This document shows, piece by piece, positions 1 to 13,744 of a DNA stretch of 64,000 nucleotides (position 1 is the stretch's first letter; every line of letters begins with the position of its first letter). This DNA comes from Octopus sinensis (Eukaryota). A program made the position numbers and the translations under genes. Below the pieces are notes generated by a model that searched no databases, was not told where the DNA came from, and was given only the letters and a program-made list of their open reading frames with translations. The stretch is taken from assembly GCF_006345805.1 (NCBI RefSeq), contig NC_042997.1, positions 108,438,001-108,502,000 on the forward strand. Reading direction: 5' to 3'.

Positions 1-14
1 ATATATATATATAC

Positions 15-305
15 ATTTGAGCGTGGTCGTTGTCAGTGCTTCTGGACTGGCTCCCATGCAGGAAGCACATAAAAAACACCTTTTGAGCATGGTCGTTGCC
101 AGAACCGCCTAACTGGCTCTCGTGCTGGTGGCACGTAAAAGCACCCACTTCACTCTTGGAGTGGTTGGCATTAGGAAGGGCATCCAGCTGTAGAATCTTT
201 GCCAGATCAGATTGAGCCTGGTGCAGCCTCTGGCAAACCAATCCTCAGTCAAACCGTCTAACCCATGCCAGCATGGAAAGCGGACGTTAAACGATGATGA
301 TGATA
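15..305 (+). mobile_element. RTE 3'-tail copy (representative of the commonest repeat here)
   Basis: Same tail as 46700-46878. Others near 7240, 13540, 33310, 41812, 48495, 49975, 50980, 53540, 54082, 60831, 63130. Confidence 0.85.
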
Positions 306-309
306 TATT

Positions 310-320
310 GATAGACAGAC

Positions 321-359
<39 letters not shown>

Positions 360-399
360 TAGATAGACAGACAGACAGACAGATAGACAGATAGATAAG

Positions 400-470
<71 letters not shown>

Positions 471-495
471 GTAGATAGATAGATAGATAGATAAG

Positions 496-556
<61 letters not shown>
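310..556. repeat. (GATA)n/(GACA)n microsatellite
   Basis: Direct observation. Confidence 0.97.
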
Positions 557-557
<1 letters not shown>

Positions 558-2701
558 TACATATACACATATATATCAATGTATGTCTTTGTGTCTATAA
601 TTGTTCCCTACAACTGCTTGACAACTGATATTGGTGTGCTTATGTCCCCCATAACTTAGCAGTTTGGCAAACAAGATCAATAGAATAAGTACCAGGCTTT
701 AAAAAAAATAAATACTGGGAACTAAAAATTCAAGGTGGTGTCCCAGCATGGCCGCCTTGACTAAAATAAGTAAAATACAAACAGATAAAAGAAAAGAGAA
801 TAAAGGCATTAACACACATACATGCACACACACACACGTCTGTGACGTTCAGATCCACACTCTTTCTGTTAGTGTGGAGTGGCCTTCAGCAAGGGACATA
901 ACTCTGCTCATTCCAGTTTACCATTTTCTGCTCCTGGCAGAAGATGGAGACCAACCCGAAGCTGTATTTCAATGACTGCAATCATATCATTTCATCAATA
1001 AAAACAGTATCAAATAAATTATTTAAAATGAGAAACCATTATTATCATTATTATTATTATCATTATTATTATTATCATCAACATAAGTAGTCTTTGAAAC
1101 TACTCACTATAATACATACATATAATACATACATATAATACATACATGATCATCATTGTTTTTTTTTTGCGCTGTCATGGGTTGGATGGTTTGGCGGCAA
1201 GCCAGCAGAAACGTTAGCACGCTGGGCGAAATGCTTAGCAATATTTTGTTTGCCGCTACGTTCTGAGTTCAAATTCCACCGAGGTCGACTTTGCCCTTCA
1301 TACTTTCTGGGTCGATTAACTAAGCACCAGTTACACACTGGGGTCGATATAATCGACTTAATCCGTTTGTCTCTCCTTATTTGTACTCTCTCTGTTTAGC
1401 CCCTTGTGGGTAGTAAAGAAATAGGTTTGGCAAGAACAGATGAGCCAGAGGACTCCACCAGATTCTATGTCTGTTTTGGTATGGTTTCCACAGCTTCATG
1501 TCTTTCCTAATGCCAACCACTTTACAGAGGGTACTGAGTGCTTTTTACATGATACACACACACACACACATACACACACAAATACACAAACACATGCACA
1601 TATCTCTTCTATTCATCTTTTTTGGACATGTTACCACGAGAGTAGGTTTTGGTCCCTAGTCATTGCCATATTTACTTCTCTTTTTATGTCCACCTTCCAC
1701 ATCACTTTGATAGCCATAAAGTTCCTCCTCAACAATAAACCTGTTTCTACTCCCCACTCATCATCCTTTAATCTCTCAACTCCTTGCTTAAAGCAACCAC
1801 CCTCTTCTCCTACTCTCCCCCTCTAAGTCAAGTGGGTCCTTCGGTCTCGCAAGTTACAAGGTAACTTCGCTAATGTGGCTGTTGCCGCAAAAGTAGCAGC
1901 CATCGCTTCGTGCTGCAAAGGGATTAGGGTTGAGAAAGGCATCCAGCCATAGACACGATGCAAAGCTGCCAAAAAAAAAGGGAGCAGAACATGGTTTGTA
2001 TCCTGCCAAACCATCCAACCTATGCCAGCATAGCAAAAACAGATGTGAAATGGTGATGATGATGATGATGATGATGAGAAGGAGGAGGAGAGGAGGAGGA
2101 AGATGGTATACTTATATTTGACGTTGCTCTCCAGCTCCACCTGAGCCAGAGCTCGCCTCTCTTCTATAAGCAATCAGTACAACTCTGTAAAATGGTTGGC
2201 ATTAGAAAGGGTATAAGTCATACTGTAGCAGACATTGGTGCCTGATGCATGATGCGGTGCAAGTGTGCAACACATGCCAGCCTGATGATGGTGTCTGTCT
2301 GCATGTGTTTGTATTTGTATGTGTTTATGTGTGTGTATGTTTATATATATATATATATATACTGCTATGTCTGGGGAGAGTCATTTTCTTTTTGTGCCTT
2401 ATAATTTAACACACTCACTGGTAAAATTTCCACTTATTCTTTATTTTTATTTTCCTAAAATTTTTGTTGCATCTTGCAAGACGCAACGAAAATTTTAGGA
2501 AAATAAAAATAAGAAATAAGTGGAAATTTTACCGGTGAGTGTGTTAAATTATAAGGCACAAAAAGAAAATGACTTTTTCCAAACACAACAGAATATGCTT
2601 CAACACACGAACTCATATAAAGCATCTTGCGAACCAAATCCCAAAACGAAGTATACATACATACATACATACACACACACATACATACATACATACATAC
2701 A

Positions 2702-2734
<33 letters not shown>

Positions 2735-3657
2735 TGGTTTCAGATTTGGTACAGGTTAGCAAATTTGGAGGAAGGGGTCAAATCGATTGCACTGACCCTC
2801 CACTTCTCAAATGGTACTTATTTTATATCAACCCCAAAACGATGATAGGTGAAGTCAACCTCAGAGGAAATTTGAACTCAGAACATACAGACAGGTGAAA
2901 TACCACTAAGCGTTTTGCCTGGCATGTTAATGATTCTAACAGTTCACTGCCTATGTATATATTAACACACATACACACATTCTTACACACACACACACAT
3001 GTATTTCACCTTCCTTTCTAAATATATGTTTTTGTTGTTGTTGTCTTAAAGAATTAAAAAGCCTGACTAAGAGCAAGGCCAAACTGAAAATGTGCCGTCT
3101 CGCACATTAATTGTCACATCATGATACCCTGCCTTGATCCATTAACACACATTTGAAGTATGTAAATTAATGACTTCCTAAGACCCACCTTAATCAGCAG
3201 TTAATTAACCAGGAGTGTCTGTATCCTGACCTGAATTTTAAAAAGAGCACATTTTGGATAACAAGGTTGACATAGATTTCCCAGCCTGGATGGTCATGAA
3301 TGGAATGTCTATTTAATCAGAATTCAGTTGGATCAAGATTGACCAACATAAACAACTGACATTAATTTTCTTTTAGATTATTGATTTCAGGCCTTCGTTG
3401 TGAGGTTAAGCAATTCATTTAACAAATATGTGGAGTTGATTTTTCAATCCTGCAGTACAACACTTTGGGTCCTTGGTCGTCAACCACAGGCTTTGCTCAA
3501 GGAAAAGATAGACTGAAAAGCTGTGGAAGTCCATCCAAAAAGAGGCTGTTTCTATTTTGAGTGATCCATTGTCCATTTAACACTACAAGGTAGTTTTCTG
3601 TCCAGTTAATGCAACCCTGCTCTGTTCTAAATATCTTGGTAAAGTTTCAGTTTAACT

Positions 3658-4212
3658 CACTGGTCCTCGACTGGGGTTCATATGGCTCTTGGAGGTCCAT
3701 AGGATCGTTGGGAATCCATAAGATTGTTGGGGCCCCATAGGAGCATTGGAGCTCTATTGGAGTGTTGGGGGTCCCTAGGAGCGTTGGGGGTCCATGGGAG
3801 TGTTGGGGATCTATAGGATCATTGGGGGTCCATAGGATCGTTGGGGGTCCATAGGAGCATTGGGGGACTATAGAAGCGTTGGGGCTCTATAGGATCATTG
3901 GGGATCCATAGGATCATTGGGGGTTCATAGGAGTGTTGGGGGTCTATAGGATCATTGGGGATCCATCAGGTCGTTGGGGCCCCATAGGATTGTTGGGGAT
4001 CCATACAAGATTTAGTTATTAAAATTTATCCGCAATGACCTGCTTCTACTTCCAGGCACAAAATGTTTTAACGATTTCTTTAAAACAATTCCTAATGATA
4101 TTTCATGAAAAAACAAAATCGAATTTTTTAAACATAGAATGGTTATGAGGGTCTACCCAAGTAAAATAGGAATCAAAGGGGTGCAGAGGTGGAAAATGGT
4201 TGGGAATCACTG
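3658..4212. mobile_element. hAT/Charlie-like non-autonomous element with internal minisatellite
   Basis: Ends resemble CAGTGGTTCYCAAC TIRs (CACTGGTCCTCGAC ... GTTGGGAATCACTG); no clear TSD. Confidence 0.5.
3690..4005. repeat. About 20-bp minisatellite (GGGGTCCATAGGATCGTTGG-like), about 15 copies
   Basis: Visible tandem periodicity with substitutions. Confidence 0.9.
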
Positions 4213-6699
4213 CATTAAATTCTAATTTGAGGGTAAGTTTCTTCTTTCCTCCATTTTCAGGGTGGGGTCAGGGTATGAGAAAGAGATTGAACGTAGTGTC
4301 ATTCTTGCGAGGTGGTGAGTGGGTGGGGGCTACTATCCCTCTCACCAATCTAAGGCTCTGAAGTATGTCAAGGTTACCGCCCTGCTTTCCACTAGTCTCA
4401 AAGAGCCCATAAAAAGGGTCAAATATGCTGTCATTCTTCCTTTGAATAAGCTTAAAAAGCAACAACAACAACAACAAAAGAAATTTCAAAACTGTTTCTC
4501 TAAATAATTGGTAAAAATTTTTGAATCCCAACAACTCAAGAAATTCTTGAAGATTTCACAGGAACTCTCTTTGTTTTCTGTTTTGAGACTTTTGCAAGCA
4601 AAGGCACAAGTGTGACTGTGCTTCCCAACTTCTGGTTCTGCGTGCGCAAGATGCCGAGCAGCATTTCATCCAGTAGTGAGTTGACAGAAGTGTTAGCTTG
4701 CTGGGCAAAATGCTTCACAGCATTTTATCAGTCTTTAAGTTCTGAGTTCAAATTCCACCAAGGTCAGCTTTGCCCTTCATCATTTCGGGGTCAATAAAAT
4801 AAGTACCAGTCGAGTATTGGAGTTGATGTAATTGACTTATCCCCACCAACCCACCTCACAAAAAAATTTGATGGCCTTGTGCCAAAATTTGAAACCAATA
4901 TTTTGATCTTGTCAACCATTATAACAAAGAAAGAAAATATTAAACAAAAGCAAATTCTGTTTGCTTTGCCAGTCATAAAAAGTGGTGGGGGTAAGAAAAA
5001 TACTAATATTTGGGTGGAGAACTGCTGATGTTAAGTCAGATTGAGAACCACCATGTTATGAAATATCATAGACAAAAGTATAATATGTCATATACTAATG
5101 CTAAGACTTACATATGTCATAGTCTAGTGACATTTTTGGTATAACAGGTCATAGACTAATGATGTGTGTTTCTGTCATACAGGACATGGTGCTCAAATCT
5201 CAATGGAATTTTATCTCAAGTCGACCATAGTTATGTCCCCCACCTATAATCAACACACTGAAGTTTTTCAGGCTGGACATTGGTCACATCCAGCTTACTA
5301 GTCAGGGAAAGAGGTCATTGTTTATGTCACTCTTTCCTCCAAATATACATTCAATTTTTATCCATGTCTCTCTCTCTCTCACTCTCTCTTGCACACACAC
5401 ACACACACATACAAACACACCTCTACTGTTATCTATACCACAACAACAAAGTAATGACAGTAGCATCATGAACAACAATATCAACTACAACAATAACCAC
5501 AAGAGATGCTGTAATGGAACATGTAGAATGTATCCATTTTTGCAGGAATATAAAACCGTAAGCTGTGATGCTGAGTTTGGTAATCGAAAGTCGAATGAGA
5601 AGATGTGAAAGATGAGTCTAAAAGACATTCCTACTTGGAAGTAGTTGTCTGTGATGGAACCAATTGTGTGCATGGAACCAGTTACAAAATTAGTCTGTTG
5701 TAAGACAATTATAAGACTTAACGCTTGTTGACATTTCAACCTGCTTTACTGAAGAATGGTGAAAGGTCAGAGTTGTATAACATTAGAGAGTGATGGTGGT
5801 GGTGGTGAAAGTGATGGTGGTTATAGTTGTGATGATAATGGTAGTAATATTGGTGGTGAAGGTGGGGGTTATAGTAGTGGTGGTGGTGATGGTGGTGATT
5901 GTAGTTGTGGAGGTGATGGTATTCATGGTGTTGGTGGTGATGATGATGGTGGGGTGGGTGGATGTGGTGGTGATGGTACTGATGATGATGATGGTGATAA
6001 CATATGGAATCATTGAAATTCCCATATTAGACATTATTTTTCCATTTCGAGATTTCAATTTGAATCTCGAAAATCCAAGAAGAGAATTCAATTCTGGAGT
6101 TAAAACTTGGAAATGTCAATGGAATGTCACGGTTGGCTGAGTTTGGTGTGTCTTTGAGCCTTTGAGAATGGCTCATGCGTAGAAACACAGAAAACTGAAA
6201 GCCACAGAATTGCGTTTTGAAATTTAGCTTCGGCTTTGTTGGTTTCTGTTTATCAAACATTTCAACAGAGTATAACAGTGAATGGGGTAGATGTACGCGT
6301 GTGTGGTGTGTGTGTGTGTGTGTGTGTGTGAGTGATTGTGTCAGTGAGTGTCAGGGACAGCTAATTGTCATCATCATGTCTGTTTTCTATGCTGGCATGG
6401 GTTGGAAGGTTTAGCAGGAGCTGGCAAGACAGAGGACTGCATCGTGCTCCACTGTCTGTTTTGGCTTGGCTTGGCTTGGTTCTTATGGCTCAATGTCCTT
6501 TTTAAGACCAACCACCTTATAGAGTGGACTGGATATTTTTTTCATGTCACCAGCACTGGCATTAATAATAACATTCTCCAACACTTTGAATTTTTTTCTT
6601 TCTCTCCCTTCACCTTAGTGACCATTAGTATGGATTTCACAGAACTGGATCCACTGAAGACAACTACTCTGTTATGCCTTTCTGTCTCTCTCTGGTAAG

Positions 6700-8110
6700 T
6701 TCTGGGTTTACAGAAGTTCGGCAAAAGCAATGTTGTTACCCTAGACATCAGTAAAACCTTTCACTATGTCTGCTGTGAGAATCTCCCATCAACAACTTCC
6801 GCTGACCTCTCATCTCTTCGATCAATATCTTCCTATCAGATTACAGCATCGTGGCATATGTTCATTGATTTCGTTTTTCCTTGCTCTCAATCAACTCTAG
6901 TGTCACCCCACCCCCACCAACCCCATTTCTTTTCTCCTATACAGCAACGACCTGGTTGTTGCTACATCCAAAAACACTCTTTTAGCAGATGATATCATTT
7001 TCCATTCCCCTCTGACTTTTCCCAAACATGTATCATCCACATGTATCGTAGATGCTACACACCAAACTTAATAAATGGAGATCTTGGGAGATTCTGCTCA
7101 TCTCCTCATTTTTAACAGAACAGAATAAAAACTCTATTCATATCTAGAAAACACCTTTGTTTGCACTCCTCCATTAATCATGAACATCCCCCAGGGTCAT
7201 TCCAAATACTGTGATTCATTACCATTAAGCATTACCGTTGGCATCGGCCACATTCGGATGGTGCTTTTTATGTGCCACCGACACAGGTATCACAATGGAA
7301 ATTGTAATTGTGGTACCTGTGCCGGTGGCACGTAAAAAGCACCCGCTAAACGTGGGCAATGCCAGCGCCGCCTTGACTGGCTTCTGTGCTGGTGGCACAT
7401 AAAAAGCACCAACCGATCATGGCCACTGCCAGCCTCCCCTGGCACCTGTGCTGGTGGAAGGTAAAAGCACCCACTACACTCATGGAGTGGTTGGCATTAG
7501 GAAGGGCATCCAGCTGTAGAAACACTGCCAGATCAGACTTGAGCCTGGTGCAGCCTCCTGGCTTCCCAGACCCCGGTCAAACCATCCAACCCATGCTAGC
7601 ACGGAAAACGGATGTTAAATGATGATGATGATCTCTCCTGGTGAAGGCAGATCCTTAACATAACAGGGAGTGCATCTCAAAATCTGGTCTTTCTCTTTAG
7701 GACTGCTGACACACTCTAAGGCACAAGAGAGGGTCACAATGGAATATTGCTCCTACATCTGAGATGGAGCCAATGTAACACACCCCCACAGCCATTCTGA
7801 ACTGCATCTAGAGACGGAATATTCAAAGGATTGGCAATCATTCACTCCTCCAGCCTTGCTCTCTTCATTCTCAATCATTTCTGTGGCTTCTGTTCTTCAA
7901 GGCTGGCTGCTCTTGTACCTCCACAATTCTTACAATTCTTACCCATTTTCATAATCTCCACTTCTCATCAATCTTACACCCTCTGCCCCACACTAACTTT
8001 AATGAACAGTCCTTTCTCCTCAGAACTTCTTCCCGCCATAATCTTTTCCCTCCTCATGACTTCTGCAGGAGCTGACCACTGAAGAACATAAATGGCATCA
8101 AGTTGACCAC
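6700..8110 (+). mobile_element. Old CR1/Jockey-like LINE RT remnant, split by an RTE tail (7240-7632)
   Basis: VVTLDISKTFHYV (cf. LDISKAFDxV), INSSV (cf. SGVPQG), ADD at about 6985, KAQERVTMEYCSYI*DG (cf. YKAQVRxxMEYCSxIW). Confidence 0.7.
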
Positions 8111-8530
8111 TCCTGAAGGGCCTACGAAAGCCATGGTCATGACCCCTTCCCCTATATTCAGCAAAAGCATAAAAAATTATCTGTTGAGTTACGGTGGAGC
8201 AATAGCTTAGGTGAAAGACAATACATTGACGGAATATTTGACTGGGTCAATGACGAGTATTTGACGAAATGTTTGATGAAGTTAAAGATGATGGTTTGAC
8301 AGAATGCTTGACTAGGTCAAAGAATTATTGTAGAAAGTTGCCATAACACTTGGTGCTGCTACATCTGTTTTGGGATTTCTATGACAGATTTCTCTCACCT
8401 CCGTTTTCCATTTTACCTTGATCTTCAATAATTAATCAAAAACTTTGGTAATACCAAATTATTTTTGTTTATCTTTTAATTATGTTTTTTTTTTAAATGT
8501 AAACAACATCCAAATTACTTCACCGTTTAA

Positions 8531-8747
8531 TCCCCTCTGATACCAACTTAGCTGAGACGGTTCCTGGTTTTATGTTGCAATCCTCCTGTGAGGAAGGGAT
8601 CGAAATTAAAACCTCCATCAAAATTCCATGTTTTGTTCCAAACACCAACTAAATAACGACAAATTTAATTTATTAAATTTTTCTAAATTTTAAAAATTAA
8701 TTGAAACAAAGCCATTACATTCCAACAGGAATATGGTAATGAAAAGG
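8531..8747. mobile_element. piggyBac-type MITE, diverged copy in opposite orientation
   Basis: TTAA-TCCCCTCTGATACCAAC ... ATATGGTAATGAAAAGG-TTAA. Confidence 0.6.
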
Positions 8748-10197
8748 TTAAGAATACAGATTTGTAATTTACAATGGATGGAACAATTAATTATTTCAAC
8801 AGGTTCTGTAATGTTGCTGTTTCATTAACCTTTATTGTTATTCTTTGGAAAGGCATGATCATCACAAATCCCCATTGCCAGAAGTCAATAGAACACCACT
8901 ACTTGATAGATAACATCACAATTGTGAAAGGTCATCGTGAAAGGTCAGACAATTGCCTTGTATTTATGCTAGAAATTCATTTATATTTATTCCATACACA
9001 AGAGAAATAAATTGTCAGACATCAAATATTTGCCTGGTTAAAATATGTGGAATCCATTAACGAGTGATTAGTTCTAATGGTATGCCTTGACGAGCCATGA
9101 ATGATTAGCTATAACGATTTTAGAGGAAAGGTGGAATGGTGGTTGTAAAATATTCTGTTTTTACCCATTTGTTGCCGAATGAAGTGAAAGAACTGCAACC
9201 AGGAGGGAAAAACAAGCTGGAAAGTTAGCTTCCTTGGAATCATCATCGTTTAATGTCCTTTTTCCATGCTGGCATGGGTTGGATGGTTTCATAGGAGCTG
9301 GTCAGCGAGGAGTCTGCACCAGGCTTCTGTGTCTGTTTCGGCATGGTTTTTTTACAGCTGGGTGCCCTTCCTAACACTAACCATTCCATAGAGCGGGCTG
9401 AGTGCTTTTTATGTGGCACTCACACAGGCAAGGTCAGCTTTGGCATGGTCTTTGCAGCTGGATGCCCTTCTAAATGCCAACCACCTTACAGTGTGGACTG
9501 GATGCATTTTAAGTGGCACCTGCACTGGTAGGGTCACCAAGTGACTTTGCAAGACAAAGAACCTCTGAGAGGGGAGGGGTATTGGAGGAGGAGGGAATCT
9601 TGTGTCTGATGATGAAAGGTTGAAGTGTGACAGACAGAAAGACAGAAACAGGTGTCTTGCTGTAGAGGAGGTACATGGTTACCTCGTTGGAGACAGGGAG
9701 AGGGAGAGAGAGAGAGAAAGGAAAAGAGAGCAGGAGAAAGAGAGTGAGAGTTAATAAGAATGAGGGCAGAAACAGTTACTGAGAGAGAGAGGGGGTGTTA
9801 ACAAGAAAGAGGTGTGCTACTGCAAAGGAGATGTACATTATTTTCTACTGAAGTTGATAACTATTGTTAAAAACTCATTCAATAGAGACACTGTAGGGTA
9901 GAGAGAATTGTTTTTAATGTGTCTGAGGCCCTGACAACCTCTCTAGGGTGGGTGCTGTACCCAGTACGTTCTGTAAAGAGGTTGGCGATAGGAACGGTAT
10001 CCAGCTATGGAAACTGTGCTGAAATTGAGATGTGTGAGTGAAGTGTTGTGCTTCTAACTTTAGGAGGAAGCAGGAACTCTGAATAAAAACTGATTTGGGT
10101 TGCGAAATTCTTTTCTGATTCATCTGATCCCACCAGACCATGACAGCATGGAAAACAGATATAAAAAATGATAATGGTGATGATGATGATGATGATG

Positions 10198-10228
<31 letters not shown>

Positions 10229-10381
10229 TAACACCAAGAAAGTTAGGGGTTGTGGATCTAACCCACTAAGGGATAATACTTGGTTGTCATTTTGATAAAT
10301 AAATAAGTCAACATTTTAATGTCCTAAAGTTGATGAACCAACTAATGTGCTTCTCCAGTTTCTTATTTGCATATATATATA

Positions 10382-10460
<79 letters not shown>

Positions 10461-10628
10461 GGAGTAAACACATAAATGTGAAACAAGGTGGAAAAAAGAG
10501 TACTCAAATACCAGCAGTAGAGTAATATGCTTTATTTAAAAGCAGCAGAAATTCAACAAAACCTGTTACTCGGAGTAACAGGTTTTGTTGAATTTCTGCT
10601 GCTTTTAAATAAAGTATAATATATATAT

Positions 10629-10670
<42 letters not shown>

Positions 10671-10831
10671 ATGTACACTATATGGATTTATATAATCCTA
10701 TGGTAGCTTCAAAAAAGCTCTTTTAGTAGACCCAGTTACATACGACATAGTAAACTAATACATAGAGTCCCCTTTGCAGTTGAAATCCAGTAAATCCAAT
10801 CAGAGAAGATTATTTCAAAAGGAGTTTATAG

Positions 10832-11575
10832 AATATAAAGAAAGTCAGGAGGTATGAGATGAATAGATTCATTTTTCCAGTTGACATCCATCGGATGACG
10901 ACCGTTTCTCAGCCAACATCATGCAAAAATAATCTATTTTAGTGGATAATACATTTTACATGTCTGCACTGGTATGTACACTATAAATTGCATAGTACTA
11001 TTGTACATTTTACAAATCAATGCAGTTATACAAGATTAGATCTTCAGATCAACAGAGTATCATGGTCACATTAATTTTTCAACTCCAGTATACACATACA
11101 AAAAAAAATCATCTTCAAATTTATAATGTATGGAAAAACCAACAATTAATGAAAAAAAAAGTTTACTACAGAGTGGGGGAAAGGAGATTTTGTAAGATAT
11201 CAAAAAGGAAATTTCCTTTTTAATATCTTACAGAATCTTCTTTCCTTCTCACTTTAATAAATTATTTTATTAATAATTCATCTTCCATACATTACAAATT
11301 TTCTTTTTCTATGTGTATACTGGAGTTGAAAAATTAATGTAACCATGATATTGTATTGATCTGAAGAGCTAGCCTTCTATACCTGCACTGGTTTGTAAAA
11401 TGTGCAATAGTACTATGCAATTTATAGCATACATACCAGTGCAGACATGTAAAATGATTTATTATCCACTAAAATTATTTTAGTATGATGTTTGCTGCAA
11501 AACAGCCATCATCGTATGGATATCACCAGGTGAAATAAATATATTTATCCCATACCTCCTGACTTTCTTTATATT
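10832..11575. repeat. About 745-bp imperfect palindrome without spacer
   Basis: AATATAAAGAAAGTCAGGAGG ... centre GGAAA|TTTCC (11211/11212) ... CCTCCTGACTTTCTTTATATT. Confidence 0.9.
10894..11050 (-). ncRNA. Type I hammerhead ribozyme with long stem II insert (left arm of a fold-back)
   Basis: Minus strand GAT-CTGAAGA-TC ... GA-GAAA-CGGTCG-TC-ATC. Mirrored decayed copy on + at 11358-11513 (GAT-CTGAAGA-GCTAGC ... GCTGC-AAAA-CAGCCA-TC-ATC). Confidence 0.65.
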
Positions 11576-11576
11576 A

Positions 11577-11611
<35 letters not shown>

Positions 11612-13744
11612 ATGTGTTTGTGTGTGCATGTGTTTGTGTGTGCATGTGTTTGTTTGCGTGTGCATGTGTTTGTGTGTGTGTGCATGTGTTTGTGTGTGTG
11701 TGCATGTGTGTATGTGTGGGGGGTGCATGTGTTTGTGTGTGTGTACATGTGTATGTGCATGTGTGTGTATATATATATTATGTACAAGGCTTTACAAAAA
11801 ATCTGTTTGACTAAAATTCTTCAAGGTGGTGCCCCAGCATGGCCATAGTCTCATGACTGAAACAAGTAAAAGATAGATCAGATGGTGAGCTGGCAGAATC
11901 ATTAACACTCTAGACAAAATGGTTAGTGGCATTTTGCTTGTCTTTAAGCTCTAAGTTCAAATTCAGCTGAGTTCAATCTCAGGATTGATTAAATAGTAAC
12001 CAGTGAAGTACTGAGATCAATGTAAACAACTTGCCCCCTCCCTGCAAAATTTCAGGCCTTGTCCCCATATTAGAAAGGATTCAAGCTGGCAGAAGTGTTA
12101 CTGCATGGGTCAAAATGCTTTTTGGCAGTTTGGCCCTCTTTACATTCTTAGTTCAAATTCCACCAAGGTTGACTAGTCCTTTCATTCTTTTGGATTTGAT
12201 AAGATAAGTACCAGTTGAACACTGGGGTCGATGTAATTGATTTATGCTTGGCCCCCAAATTACTAACCTTGTGCTGAAATTTGAAACCATTATTATCATT
12301 GTTAATAATTTTTTCTATTATAAGCACAAGGCCTGAAATTTGGGGGAAGGGGGACAGTTGATTACATCGACCCCCCTGCACTCAACCGGTACTTATTTCA
12401 TTGACCCCAAAATGATGAAAGGCAAAGTTGACCCTGGCAGAATTTGAACTCAGAACATAGCCACAGATGAAATACTGTTAAGCATTTCACCCGGTGTGCT
12501 AACGATTCTGCCAGCTCACTGCCTTCTTATCATTATTATTAATAATAATAATGTTTCTATCCATAGGATGCTTCCTATATTGTAATGAAACATGTAATAT
12601 GGAATTAAAAATATTTCAAATTTTCCAGGCTTTGTTATTTATATATCATCATCGTCATTTAACGTCTGTTGTCCACCACCACACCACACACCACCACACC
12701 ACACACCACCACACCACACCACACCACACCACATAACACTATACCACTATACCACGTCACACCACCCAGCACACACTAACACTGATCACTTCCCAGCACC
12801 CACACCATCATCCACACACCTGCACTTGCACACACGCATGCATCAAGGTCAACAGCCCTCTTCCACTCGCACATACACGCTCTCACATATACACACACGT
12901 GCACCTTCATTTTGGGATCACTACTACTTTATTATATCCCCTTCTTCCTAGGCTCTCCTGTGTGACCCCTCTGTCCAGCATTCGCCATGATAGCTCGCTA
13001 GCCACTAAACCTTTTTTTTTTCTCTCTCAGCTTATTTCTGTGTTCCTTTTTGTCGAAGAACATAGGCTCAAAACTTAAAAGAAACTAATACATCTGATTG
13101 TTGTTTACACACCCATCTTCATCTTTTGTTTCTTTGTAAATTCTCCCTATATATTTATGTATACACAATAGGACACTTTCAGTTTCTGTCTACCAAATCT
13201 ACTCACAAAGTTTTGGTCAGCCTGAGGCTATCGTAAAAGACACTTGCCCAAGGTTCCACACAGCGGGACTGAACCTGGAACCATGTGGTTGGGAAGCAAA
13301 CTTCTTACCATACAGCCATGCCTGCACCAATGATACCTGAACATGAAATAGCTTTTGAGTCTCTATTCTGGAACTTCATCGGGTTTAAAGCACCTGGATT
13401 TTACCAAGACAGTTGCTCTATTGAGGAGGCCAAGTATCTCCTCAATGATAAGAAGCCTACCTCTGTCCCTCTATCATATTCTCATCTCTCGGTTCAACTC
13501 CCTCTCTCAGCTAAGAGGTCCTTATCTTGCAAGCTCATGAATGCTGGTGCCATGTAAAAAGCATCCAGTACACTCTATAGTGGTTGGCATTAGGAAGGAC
13601 ATCTAACCATAGAAACCATGCCAAAACAGACAATTGGCTCCTGGTGCAGCCCTCCAGCTTGCCAACTCCTCTCAAACCATCCAACTCATGCCAGCATGGA
13701 AAACAAGCACCAAATGGTGATGGTGATGATGATGATAAATAACC

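Noticed and set aside
109-579. Long ORFs such as (SIYL)n, and YI/CV/HT-rich ORFs throughout
   Set aside because: Translations of microsatellites; no protein signal.
3690-4005. CRISPR-like periodicity (also 41985-42325)
   Set aside because: Contiguous tandem units with no unique spacers; eukaryotic context and no cas genes.
5480-6260. Possible exon (ORFs on both strands, acceptor-like site near 6196 on minus)
   Set aside because: Dominated by GGT/GAT low complexity; no recognisable protein in any frame.
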